Shown here piece by piece: positions 11,801 through 21,400 of a DNA stretch of 64,000 bases (positions are counted from its first letter, which is position 1; each line of letters opens with the position of its first letter). The DNA lies in sequence record MW349128.1. The stretch is one strand, 5' to 3'. A program made the translations under genes and the position numbers. The notes beneath the pieces are model-generated. The model was given only the letters and a program-made list of their open reading frames with translations, was not told where the DNA came from and did not search any database.

Positions 11801-12002
11801 TGATGAAACTCGTTCTATCATGAATACAGAATTGAATTCTTATTTAACTCGTTATGTATCTAACCGTAGTTGTGAAACTATTCAAGCTGAAGTTAGTGCT
11901 GATGAATATGATAAAGCTCAACGTATCGTACGTGTACGTATTTCTGTTAAATTCAACAATGTTATTGAACGTATCTTCATTGATATCAATGTTGAAAAAT
12001 AA
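8853..12002 (+). CDS. Contractile tail sheath protein, 1049 aa
   Basis: N-terminal HPSV...FIFKYGEPNYAKYGQ and C-terminal FTPTY...HFPIAGPRRG...RIVRVRISVKFNNVIERIFIDINV typical of jumbo-phage sheaths; followed by tube gene. Confidence 0.85.
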   Translation: MADFMYLHPSVQTQVNSYQNNFQTAEGPVTLFAADTFEKGKDGVIDFVGTEEEFIFKYGEPNYAKYGQTAYNMVNWLRSGGQAYVLRVLPQNATYSHAILNVQSRVQRKGKKVLTEANELVEIDDVKIRPTIAFVKKNNRNIEELVNEISLDRTAEQTVDGYNNNFLLLAYPNGRGESYNDLGIRLTLNTSYDTSGRTERVYNLEVLDFDEFGNVNVIDGPFLVTFDTDSISDTGESMFIEEVVNRYSKYINIKFNLENFQRLAEQINPYVHPASIDVISGRSKVGLDGNPETFYSEITKDSEDVHVSLQRYNNKGIPVTINGQPVLNKPDFNDPVENALISLDNGIREKSFVTDSDRLSYMRDQYKTLRSDKFSEFKSILNKIIVPNGGLFVDDAGDLPKTIKENLVSDKLTQEDVTANIEDEEAVEKELAEKFKPSEINFGGKPSGVVSELVENYKTYFEDSNEENLSAVLASSEEIGSLLLNEFLDNGNKLNAAYELVYKSNSGISSNPKYQADVKELRDVLSQKDQIRIFGIQHKSNILDITNDIAELRIGMKSVTNIEGMSKVLNDTETELKYVTDNLIPAVKEGLPEDAIKFINTVPDEDGDGEREIVSPESMLNRIADCQLLIDDVRVGLMEDNATNREEVYTACNEIANQLVDLINRAVSVSSTYKVARAVRIAANTIYYDIAIFRKNIDEMIQTRSNYTERDITSNAHQNIELAVANLNKANSKYFNTNLIDVASPVKFLFGSDGDFSYENDLSYSERKNAVNRELIKAYKGLIDEDLTNTKAVPFDVVLDARYSNEVKFAISELAKNNRKDFVFLADTVTDRYPVSPEDAIKWRKEEFAVSSEYTAIYSQDLTYYDEYTGRDIRFTPTYRLASMIPYQAVNSGLHFPIAGPRRGLVEGHKALSWAPNEPYKEKLYTSKINYIEKDIDRTKFGSQMTSIKSDGPLSNLNNIFTLNQIKRDAETLVSDYQFELNDDETRSIMNTELNSYLTRYVSNRSCETIQAEVSADEYDKAQRIVRVRISVKFNNVIERIFIDINVEK

Positions 12003-12022
12003 TAGTTTAATATAAACCCATT

Positions 12023-12053
12023 ATAGGATACGACAATGTAAGTCGTATCCTAT
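12023..12053 (+). terminator. Intrinsic terminator after sheath
   Basis: ATAGGATACGAC-aatgtaa-GTCGTATCCTAT + TTTTT. Confidence 0.8.
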
Positions 12054-12181
12054 TTTTTATTTATAAATTTTAAAATATAAAAGATATTATCTTATAATTA
12101 TTTATACTAATATGAAGTTAATATAAACTCTTTATTATATATCATTATGGATAAATATTTATGAAAAGGAGAAAATAATCT

Positions 12182-12988
12182 ATGATTTTACCAAGTAAGA
12201 ATCAGCGTGTGTTTGATAATAACATCGCTAAAAATAAATGGTTCTACAATGGCCATATGAACTTACAAACTCTTGAGTTTGATCCGTTCGTAACTGGTTA
12301 CAGCTTTATCGTATGGACTAAAGTTCCTTCATGGGTTGAAAAACAATTCCCTGGATTTAAAGCTATGACTCAAAAGAACTTTAAATCATTCCAAGGTTTA
12401 GAAAATATTGAATTAACTACAAATGATTATATGCATACATTTAACGGTAATAACTATCGTACTGCTGCATCTATCACTAAAGGAAACACTGGTTTCCAAA
12501 TGACTCACCAAGAATTCTCTGGTAGTCCAATTAAAAATATGTATCAATATTGGGTATCTGGTATCCGTGATCCTCGTACTGGTATTGCAACTTATCCTAA
12601 AATTCATAATTTAGAATATGCTGCTAAGAACCATACAGGAGAATTACTATACATCCAAACTCGTCCTGATGCTAATAACACTAGTAAAAATAATATTGAA
12701 TTTGCTGCTTACTATACAGCTGTTATGCCTACTCGTATTAGCATTGATCACCATAACTATACTATGGAAACTCACGAAGAAGTTCAAATTGAACAAGATT
12801 TCGCAGGTAATATGGAAATCTCTGCTCGTGTAAATGACTTCGCTAAGTCTAAACTTAAAGAAGTATACAGCTTCGTTGAACAAGGTATGTTTGATCCTAA
12901 TGCACCTAAAGAAGCAGGAGCTCAGCTTTCTGACTTTGATTATAACAAAGGTGGAATTACAGGTTCAGGTAACGGAGATATTAAATAA
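12182..12988 (+). CDS. Tail tube protein, 268 aa
   Basis: DPFVTGYSFIVW, EFSGSPI..MYQYWVSGIRDPRTG; position after sheath. Confidence 0.75.
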   Translation: MILPSKNQRVFDNNIAKNKWFYNGHMNLQTLEFDPFVTGYSFIVWTKVPSWVEKQFPGFKAMTQKNFKSFQGLENIELTTNDYMHTFNGNNYRTAASITKGNTGFQMTHQEFSGSPIKNMYQYWVSGIRDPRTGIATYPKIHNLEYAAKNHTGELLYIQTRPDANNTSKNNIEFAAYYTAVMPTRISIDHHNYTMETHEEVQIEQDFAGNMEISARVNDFAKSKLKEVYSFVEQGMFDPNAPKEAGAQLSDFDYNKGGITGSGNGDIK

Positions 12989-13004
12989 TTTTAGCAATAA
13001 AAAT

Positions 13005-13032
13005 CCCCTAACACATTTATTTGTGTTAGGGG
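13005..13032. terminator. Bidirectional terminator between convergent genes
   Basis: CCCCTAACACA-tttatt-TGTGTTAGGGG with A/T tracts on both sides. Confidence 0.8.
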
Positions 13033-13039
13033 TTATATT

Positions 13040-15202
13040 TTAATAATTTATTCTAGAGTATATGTGACATAATGTTATAATATCTAAATTCTCAGTTTCA
13101 TTCAATAATCTGTCTTTCCAATTTTCTCCGAGATCGTATATTGTTTCACCAATTTCACTTTCAGTAAAATTCTGTAGCGGAACTAATTTAGCGTCATACT
13201 TATTAAATTTGTTAATATATCCATCATAAGTATAATCTTGACTCAGATATTTAATGGATTCAAATACAAAAGGTTTAAATATCATATATCTATCAAATTG
13301 CATATCATCATGTATCATTAAAATTTTAGGTAAATAATGAGATTTTATTGGGAAAGAAATATCTAAATTCTGTATTGGATTTTTATATCTAATATCGAAT
13401 TCTAATTTTCTAGTGTTATAATCAAATTCATTAATAGCATAATATATAGGAGGTTTTTCTATATAAAACTCAATATTATCTTCAGTATCTATATATTCAC
13501 TAATACTTCTAAATGATCTTGATTTTTCACCATCAATATTATTTAATTCATCATCATTATTTGTTTCTACATAATCCTTAAATATGAAATAATGATCTTT
13601 AAGATTAGGGTATAATAATGCTTTTGGATTGACATCTGAATGTTTTTCAATGGTATTTGAATTTATTATCAATGAGTCAAATAAAAAATTATTTTCATCA
13701 GACACTGTTATTTTAATTTCATTTTCTTTTTTCAGATATACTTCTTTAATACGATCATCTATACCTATATCAGTATTTCTCTTATATAAAGATAATGTAC
13801 ATAAATCATTATGATCTCCATATACTTTAGCTAAGTAATTTTTACCATTTATACTAATTATTGCTTCTTCTTTTTTATTATTAACTTCATTCCTATTTTT
13901 TCTTCTAAACAGTAAATTGAATGTGTACATTCCGGATTCAGTTAATTTGATTTCATTTTTAAGTGTACCTGTTAAAATTGTAAATTTATTGTTCATTCTA
14001 TTAACTTCATCAATAGAAGTTAATTTACCATCTATCTTTACAGTTTCTAAAATATTTCCAGTACCCATATTTAATGAATCATTATCTACATAAAAATCAC
14101 TCATTGGAATTATAGTACGAGTGCCAATCTTAAAGTCGTTATAAGTTTTAACATAAAAAGGATTTTTGGATTCAGGAACTTCAGTCTCTTGAAGTATAAT
14201 AATATCTATATCATTATTTTTAGTAGAGAATCTTTCATCGTATTCAAATTTAAACGTATGTTTTCCTTTTTCCAAATACAATGGTACTTCTTCATAAAAT
14301 TCATTTTCTGAATCTCTATAAAATTCTAATATAGATCTATTCCATATAAATTCCCTATCTGTCGGAGATCTAAAATAGTACCCTACATTATCTACAAATA
14401 CTTTGTTCACTGTACCATTACTAAAATGGTTTCCATTTTTACATCTAATTTCATAATAAGAAGAATTAGGAATATAAATGTTCATTTCCAATATTCCATC
14501 CTCAATAGTTACATAACCTTCTCCAAGAAATCTATCATATCCTGATTTTCTTTTATAAGCTCCATCAAAGTTACTTTCCCTTGTTTTATATATATCACCT
14601 AGATATGCATCATAAAATATCCTACCGTCATCTAATAATCCTTCATGTATTAGTCCATCTATAATTTCAGATTCTTTTAATACTTTACGATTATAAGCAT
14701 AATCTTTAGGATACTTTCTATTATCTTGATATATTGGTGGGTAAGGTTCGATTTTCACTTCCTTTCTTTCTATACTATTAAAAGACAAATCTTCATATTC
14801 TATATTCCCTATGAAGTTTGTGTCATAAATTCTCTCTGTTTTACCTAAATAATTATAGAATATAGTAAATAAGTCATATTTTAATTCACCAATAATTTCA
14901 TAAGGTCTTTCTTCATATACTAAAATATCTGAAGAAATATCCTCTAATCTAAAGGTTGGATTCTCTAAACCATATTCACTTTTGATATAATCTTCTGATT
15001 TTGGAATATCAAGTGTATTATCTTCATTAAATGTAAATTTATTATATTCCTCAGAATTAGATTCCACTCTTAATATTAATTTATCACTTTTCTTTGTTTT
15101 AGTTTCGATTAAAGTTTTATTTTCATTATCTTTAATTTTAGTTATTACAATGTCTCCAGAATTGTGTTTATCAATTAATTCTTCTATTCTATATAATTTC
15201 AT
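13040..15202 (-). CDS. Putative tail/baseplate protein with tandem CBM6/35-like beta-sandwich domains, 720 aa
   Basis: Repeated pattern VPLYLEKGKHTFKFEY...IDIIIL and EVYLKKENEIKITV...FDSLII; last gene of the structural operon. Confidence 0.45.
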   Translation of the reverse strand: MKLYRIEELIDKHNSGDIVITKIKDNENKTLIETKTKKSDKLILRVESNSEEYNKFTFNEDNTLDIPKSEDYIKSEYGLENPTFRLEDISSDILVYEERPYEIIGELKYDLFTIFYNYLGKTERIYDTNFIGNIEYEDLSFNSIERKEVKIEPYPPIYQDNRKYPKDYAYNRKVLKESEIIDGLIHEGLLDDGRIFYDAYLGDIYKTRESNFDGAYKRKSGYDRFLGEGYVTIEDGILEMNIYIPNSSYYEIRCKNGNHFSNGTVNKVFVDNVGYYFRSPTDREFIWNRSILEFYRDSENEFYEEVPLYLEKGKHTFKFEYDERFSTKNNDIDIIILQETEVPESKNPFYVKTYNDFKIGTRTIIPMSDFYVDNDSLNMGTGNILETVKIDGKLTSIDEVNRMNNKFTILTGTLKNEIKLTESGMYTFNLLFRRKNRNEVNNKKEEAIISINGKNYLAKVYGDHNDLCTLSLYKRNTDIGIDDRIKEVYLKKENEIKITVSDENNFLFDSLIINSNTIEKHSDVNPKALLYPNLKDHYFIFKDYVETNNDDELNNIDGEKSRSFRSISEYIDTEDNIEFYIEKPPIYYAINEFDYNTRKLEFDIRYKNPIQNLDISFPIKSHYLPKILMIHDDMQFDRYMIFKPFVFESIKYLSQDYTYDGYINKFNKYDAKLVPLQNFTESEIGETIYDLGENWKDRLLNETENLDIITLCHIYSRINY

Positions 15203-15236
15203 AATTTTAGTTCCTTTCAGTTATGTTAATTTTAAA

Positions 15237-18200
15237 TTAAGTAAACATATTCAATCCCGGATTATTTGGATGGGGATTATATTGGGATTTATATCCATAA
15301 ATTGCATCATCAATTTGTTGTTGAAAAACTCTTCCTTTAATTACTTGCATACTTCTAGAATATTGAGTTTTCATATTAATTTGAGCTTTATCAATAATGG
15401 ATAGTTGATCTCTTCTAATTCCTGCTAAGCAATCAATATAAGATAATAATCCTGTATTAAATTTCATTCTTTGGAATGATTTAGAAGCCATTAAGTTTGG
15501 ATACATATCTCTAATATTAATAGATACAGTAATTTCTCTTGGGAAACCATCTGCAGTCCATGTACCTTCTTCACCACGAACTATATTCATTGAAGTTATT
15601 ATACCTGTATTACATTCAAATCTACCAGGACAATTAGCTCTAATAATAAACGGTTGCTTATAAGAGAATATTGAATCTTGTAAAGGTAAAGCTAATACTA
15701 ATAATGAAAGAAATGGTAAATATACATTGTCAAATATAGATTGTGGATCTCCATAAGCACTATAGAATTTAAATTCTAGATTATAAGTACGGTCAAAAGT
15801 TGAATTCATCCAAACCTGGTTTGTTAAATCTTGATTTTATATATTAAATATAAAGGCAAGACCTTGTATAAAATACACTTGGCTCAGTGACTAACGTATA
15901 AGGGAACCCTTATACTCCTTGTAAAGCTAATCGGACATTAGCTTATCACCCGTTTATCGTCTCCCGCTACCCGCAGGCGACTCTCATATCTTTTATTTTG
16001 TGAGATTAAACATATTTTAAATCTAGAATATTTTTAGCTGCATTTAAATCTCTATCAAGAACTACATCACAATTAGGACAATCATGAGTATCATCACCTA
16101 AAACTAATTTCTCTTTATTAGTTCTAACATAACCACATGATGAACATGTCTGTGTAGTCTTTTTCTTAGTAATAATATTTAATTCATTATCATAAAAATT
16201 AGATTTAAATTTTAATTTTTCTAAAAAATCATACTTACCAAATCTTCTATTAGAACGTCTAAGATTTCTGAATCTATCAGATATTTTATGTGGATATGGT
16301 TCTATATTGATTACTTTATAATTTTTAACTAACCAATTAGTAATTTTGTCCCTATGATCTTCCAACATATCATATTCTCTATTATAAGACTTTCTTAATT
16401 GTTTTAAAAGTTTGTAATATGATTTTGAATAATATTTTTTTCTATCTAATTTAGATTTAATTTTTTCAGTTTTTCTTTCTTGTTTCCATAGAATATTCGG
16501 TATTTTAAATTCAAATACTTGACCGTTTGAGTCTACAGCAGCTAAAGGAGTTTTTATCCCCATATCAATACCAATTGAATAATTATTTTCTCTCTGTTTC
16601 TTATAATTGATTATCTCATAAGTTATAGAGATGTAGAATTTTTCATTCTTTCTGCTTATGGTGTAATATTTAAAATTAATATCGTTAGAGTTAATAAATT
16701 TTAAAGATTCCTTAGTTTTAATAACAAAAGGTTTAATTCCTTTCATTGCAGAAACTCTTATCCATTTTTTAGATAAAAATTTTACAGGTAAACTTAGTTT
16801 ATCTTTAACTATAAATCTAAATGAATCGTTAGAATATTTTTTCTTTTTAAATTTAGGTTTAAATTTATCACTATCTATATAATTTTTAGATTTTCTAGCT
16901 TTACTCTGCATTTCATAGTATTTAGAAAAAGTCTGATTTAGATCTTTTAAAGCTTCTTGTCTAACCATACTATTAACTTCATAAAGATAAGGATAATTTC
17001 CAGAATTTTGAATTTCGTTGTTTAATTTCTTTTGAAAATCAAATCCACTAAATTTCTTATCATCATCAATATTCTGATAATCTTCTAAAGCCATATTCCA
17101 TACTTTTCTTCTTACACCAAAGCATTTATTGAAATAATTCTTTTGGTCTTGATTTGGGTATATTCTAGTTTTGAAAGATTTAACTATTCCTTTTTTCATT
17201 GTTTAATTTCACCTCCTAATCATATTATATAAATATGTTAGGAAATTCCTGATATGAATTTTTTATCAGTATTTTATACAATCTCTAAATTAGTAATTTA
17301 GAGCACAGACTATATCATACTCATTGATATGAGTGAATATATTTAGTCGTTGGACAAGTCTTATTGACTTGATGCTGATTGAGATAATAATCTATTCCAG
17401 CAATTAATATTCTTTGCTAATTAAAATTACTTTTAATAGGGACTATTTGTGTGAATAATCCGGATAATACATTGATGCACCATCTAAATGTTCCATAAAG
17501 TTACCTACAATACCACCAATAACTGGCATATTTGCTACCATATCATTAATACTATCTTTAATAGTTCTAGTAATTTTACCTAAAATAGAAGCTCCACCAA
17601 TACGAGCCATTTCTTTTTGTTCTCGTATTTCTTGGTTTTTATTATTAACTTGAGAAGCAATATCAGATTGATTATATTCATGCATTGCAGATTCTGATAT
17701 ACTAGTTGATTTATCTGCATAGTAAGCTAGTCCATAGTTTTTATCATCTTGTAGAGATCCACCTAGATCAAATGATCCTTTTAAACCCATTGATGCATGA
17801 ACTTGAGAAGCCATAGTTTGTACGTATTTATAATATTCAGCCATTTTAGGTTCAAAGCTTATCATACGACCATCTTTAGTATTACCGATACCTACTAAAG
17901 ATAAACCAGAGTTTACTAATCTATCCATTCCTTCACCAAAACTCCATAATTTACCTTCTCCTGGTTTACCAAATAATTTACCATTTAATTTAGGCATACC
18001 CGGCATTATAAATACTAAAGGTAAATCTAATTCAAATGTTCTTTTATATATTCTTCTATTAGGATCATCTAAACTAGAATAGTACATAGGCATTCCAAAT
18101 ACATCTAGTTCACCTTTAACATTTCTTAATTGTTTTTTATCTTTAGCATTTTTATCTGTTAAATATTCAGTTGCTTGTCTTTGATTACCCAAAGCATCCA

Positions 18201-18354
18201 TAAAAGCACCAGTATCTTTTTGAGTAGGATCATATTCATGATAGTCATAATCACCTTTTTTCTCATCAGCTTGAGGTATTAAAGCCATATCATCATCTGC
18301 CACTTTTAAAGGTTCTTGTTCCTTAGACTCTTTTTTATCTTTTTCTTCAGCCAA
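15237..18354 (-). CDS. Putative baseplate/tail structural protein, spliced: complement(join(15237..15815,17458..18354)), 491 aa
   Basis: Splicing gives GASMYYPD|VWMNSTFDRTYNLEFKFYSAYGDPQSIF, continuing to GIITSMNIVRGEEGTWTADGFP; function inferred from context. Confidence 0.7.
15816..16005 (-). ncRNA. Putative omega-RNA scaffold / intron 3' domain
   Basis: GC-richer non-coding 190 nt right after tnpB with stems AAGCTAAT/ATTAGCTT, GTATAAGG/CCTTATAC, GTCTTG/CAAGAT; abuts the 3' splice site. Confidence 0.6.
16006..17199 (-). CDS. tnpB: IS200/IS605-IS607-type RNA-guided endonuclease TnpB, 397 aa
   Basis: N-terminal KTRIYPNQDQKNYFNKCFGVRRKVWNMAL; RuvC IGIDMG, INIEP, DRDLNAAKNI; Zn ribbon CSSC...CPNC; AGGAGGTGA SD. 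Confidence 0.93.
   Translation of the reverse strand: MKKGIVKSFKTRIYPNQDQKNYFNKCFGVRRKVWNMALEDYQNIDDDKKFSGFDFQKKLNNEIQNSGNYPYLYEVNSMVRQEALKDLNQTFSKYYEMQSKARKSKNYIDSDKFKPKFKKKKYSNDSFRFIVKDKLSLPVKFLSKKWIRVSAMKGIKPFVIKTKESLKFINSNDINFKYYTISRKNEKFYISITYEIINYKKQRENNYSIGIDMGIKTPLAAVDSNGQVFEFKIPNILWKQERKTEKIKSKLDRKKYYSKSYYKLLKQLRKSYNREYDMLEDHRDKITNWLVKNYKVINIEPYPHKISDRFRNLRRSNRRFGKYDFLEKLKFKSNFYDNELNIITKKKTTQTCSSCGYVRTNKEKLVLGDDTHDCPNCDVVLDRDLNAAKNILDLKYV
17228..17239 (-). promoter_or_regulatory. Putative late promoter for tnpB inside the intron
   Basis: AACAtatttaTA ~30 nt upstream of the tnpB start codon. Confidence 0.5.
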
Positions 18355-18383
18355 TTTATTTCACTTCCTTTTAATAATAAAGA

Positions 18384-18412
18384 GGATATGACACATAATA
18401 AATGTCATATCC
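18384..18412 (-). other. Hairpin (terminator or 5' leader stem)
   Basis: GGATATGACA...TGTCATATCC; lies between an AACA-N6-TA motif (18433-18444) and the SD of the 18354 gene. Confidence 0.6.
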
Positions 18413-18455
18413 CCAATTTAATTTATTTACTATAAATTTATGTTGCATCAAAATA

Positions 18456-21400
18456 TTATTTTCCTGAGAAAACAGGTATAGCTGGTCTAACGTCAATAAC
18501 AAATCTATCTCCATAAGAATCTCTAATTGCTTCTTGTAAATCTTGATTACCTGTAGATGGATCTTGACTTGAACCATCAGGAGTATAAGGATTATTAGGA
18601 TCATTAGGATTATTAGGGTTGTTTGGATTATTAGGATTTGATTGATTATCATTTCCATTATTATTGCTATTATTTCCATTAGAACCATTAGATCCATTAG
18701 AACCATTATTTCCATTAGATCCATTTTGACCGTCTTTACCGTTATTAATAATATTAGGATTTTCTTTAATAATTTTTTCAAGCTCTTTTTGAATATCTTT
18801 AATAATTACATTACCTTTAGAATCTACTAAATCACCTTTATTATTAATAATAGTATTAGAAATATTTGTTGTATTTCCATCTTTATTAATATTTTTACCT
18901 TTAAAGGACATATCTTTAAGTTGTTCTAACATTTTGGCAGTATTTTTATCAATATTGCTTGTATGTTTAATTATATTATCTAAATCCATACGTTTTTGTG
19001 GATCTACTTTCATAGGTCCTTTATTTTCATAATTTACTTTAGAATTATTATAATTATTAGTAATATTATAGATATTTCTTACTGTATTATTATTACCTTG
19101 TATAGTTTGATTTGTAATGGAATTATTATTAGTTGTAGGTTTACCATTATTATAATTATTATTGATAACCGTAGAACTATTATTTCCTCCATTATTAATT
19201 ATACTAGAATTATTCTGGTTATTATTAACATTTCCTTGACTTCCTGAAGATGATTGATTGTTACCATCAGCTCCAGAACTATATGAAGGTGATGAACCAT
19301 CTTTACCGTCTTTTCCATCAGAACCATCTTTACCAGATGATCCTTCTGAATCGTCAGATGATGAACTTGATCCACTTGAAGATCCAGATTCTGTAGCTTC
19401 CTTACCTGCTTTAGCTTTAAGTTCAGCCTGTTGTTCTTCATCTATCTTTTTAGCTTCTTCATAGTCAATTCCATAAATTCTAGCATAACGTTTCATTAAT
19501 CTATCATTTAAAGCTTCTTGTTCTTCTTCATCCATACGGTTATCATCTCTACCAGTAATAGAACCGTACCAAGTACCATTTTTGAAACTATATTCAGAAG
19601 CTCCAGCAGAAGATCCATTAGAGTCTCCTCCTTCACTATCGCTTCCACCTATTTTATCACTACCATCTAGAGGTTTACCTGTATCATCAGGACCACCGCC
19701 GCCATATCTCATTGTAATACCAATTTGTAATCCCATTTTTTGGTATTTATTTGCAGGAGTTACAGCAACACCATGACCATAATATGATTCAACTTGTTTT
19801 CCTCCACCTATATACATAGTAACATGGTTATCGTTATCACATAAAGTAATATCACCAATTTTTTTCTTAGTGCCTTTACTTATTTTTCTAAATTTAGTAC
19901 CACCATCTCTAAAAGTAAAAGTGGTAGCATTAATATCCATTTCTAAACCAGCTTTTTTGAATGAACGAGCAATTAAACTAGAACAGTCAAATGAATTTTT
20001 ACCTTGTCTATTTGACTGAGAGTATGTTGCACCATCTTGAGCTATTGCCCATTGTACTGCTTGTTTAATTTTATCTCTTTCAGATCCACCGGATCCTCCA
20101 CCTTTACCATAAACTCCACCAGTAATAGTAGGTTTTTCTAAAACTAAACCAGTTTTTCCAACTTTTTTATTTTTATTAGATGTAGATGATACCATATTTG
20201 CAAATTGATTAACGTTCGTATCACTATAAACAGTACTAGAACCTCCACCTTTAGCTTTAGTGGATTTCTTAGATGAACCCCCTAGTTTATCTAACCATTT
20301 TTTAGCGTTTGATTGTCTTTCAGGAATAACTTTAACTCCTGCACGTTCATACAAATTCTCCCATACAACTGTTGCTTCATCAACATTCTTAGCTTTCTTA
20401 ATAGCAGACCAAGCAGCAGATTCAGATCCTTGAAGTTCATACCACATGAAGTCTAACTGAGCATCAAGATCAGACCATTTCTTACCTTTCTTTTCAGCAA
20501 ATGCTTTAAGATTATCTTTACGATCATCCCATTGAGCTAGTCCTTTACCTCCGACCCAACCAGAGTTTTGTTCGGCACCGGGATCCATTTTGGATTCACG
20601 TTCAAAGTTACCTAATATACCTGCTATCTGATGATCTTCTAACCCTTTTTCAGCAAAGAAATTCCATACTTTAGATGCAACATCTTTACCATCAACACTT
20701 TCTGCTCCTCCATCAGATGATCCTTCTGAAGAAGAACTTCCTGATGAACCGGCCATGAATCCTGCCATAATATCATTCATCATTCCGCCAAGTTTATCAA
20801 ACCAATCACCAATTTTGTTTACTACTTCACCATCAGGATCAGTTATATCTTTTTTAGATTTTTTCTTTTTCTTCTTACTTAATAAAGAATAGAAAGGAGA
20901 TAATCTTAACATAGTTTCAGCCAATTTTTTAGGAGCTTTTTTAAGTTTACTCATTAAATTATTAGGCATCATTTTATGCATTTTTTCACTAATTTTACCC
21001 ATGATAGATAAAGGAGAATTTTTCATTACTCCATTAACATCTTTCTCGATATTATCTTTAGTTTTATTAGTTGACTCTTCTACTTGTTTTTTAGCATCTT
21101 TACTAGCTTTATCAGACATTCCTTGCATTTCAGCCATTTCTTTCTTAGCTCTTTCAGATGCATGATCTTCAATACCTTCTTGATAAGAACCTAATTCTTC
21201 TTTACTAGCTTCCACCATTTCACGACTTTGATTAGACATATCTTCTTCATGAGAAGAGAATTTGTCATCAAGGAATCCTGATAAGTTTTTAGCTAAGCCT
21301 ATTCCACCTTGAATAAGATTAGAAGTAGCTCCGACCATATTACTAATTCCTTTTCCAGCCATAGCTAAAGGTGCCATTAATAACATTGAAGCTCCACCTA

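Larger units (their letters stand above)
15816..17457 (-). mobile_element. Group I intron carrying TnpB (IStron-like, no TnpA), 1642 nt
   Basis: 5' exon ends GAU, P1 GGAU/GUCC, P2 with GUAA loop, AATTGCTGGAA, AATCAGCATC, GTCCAACGACTA, GATATAGTCT core at ~17290-17457; ends ...AAACCAG; P10 GUUUG/CAAAU. Confidence 0.88.

Noticed and set aside
16006-17199. TnpB as Cas12 of a CRISPR system or as a full IS605/IS607 transposon
   Set aside because: 397 aa, no repeat-spacer array, no cas genes and no tnpA nearby
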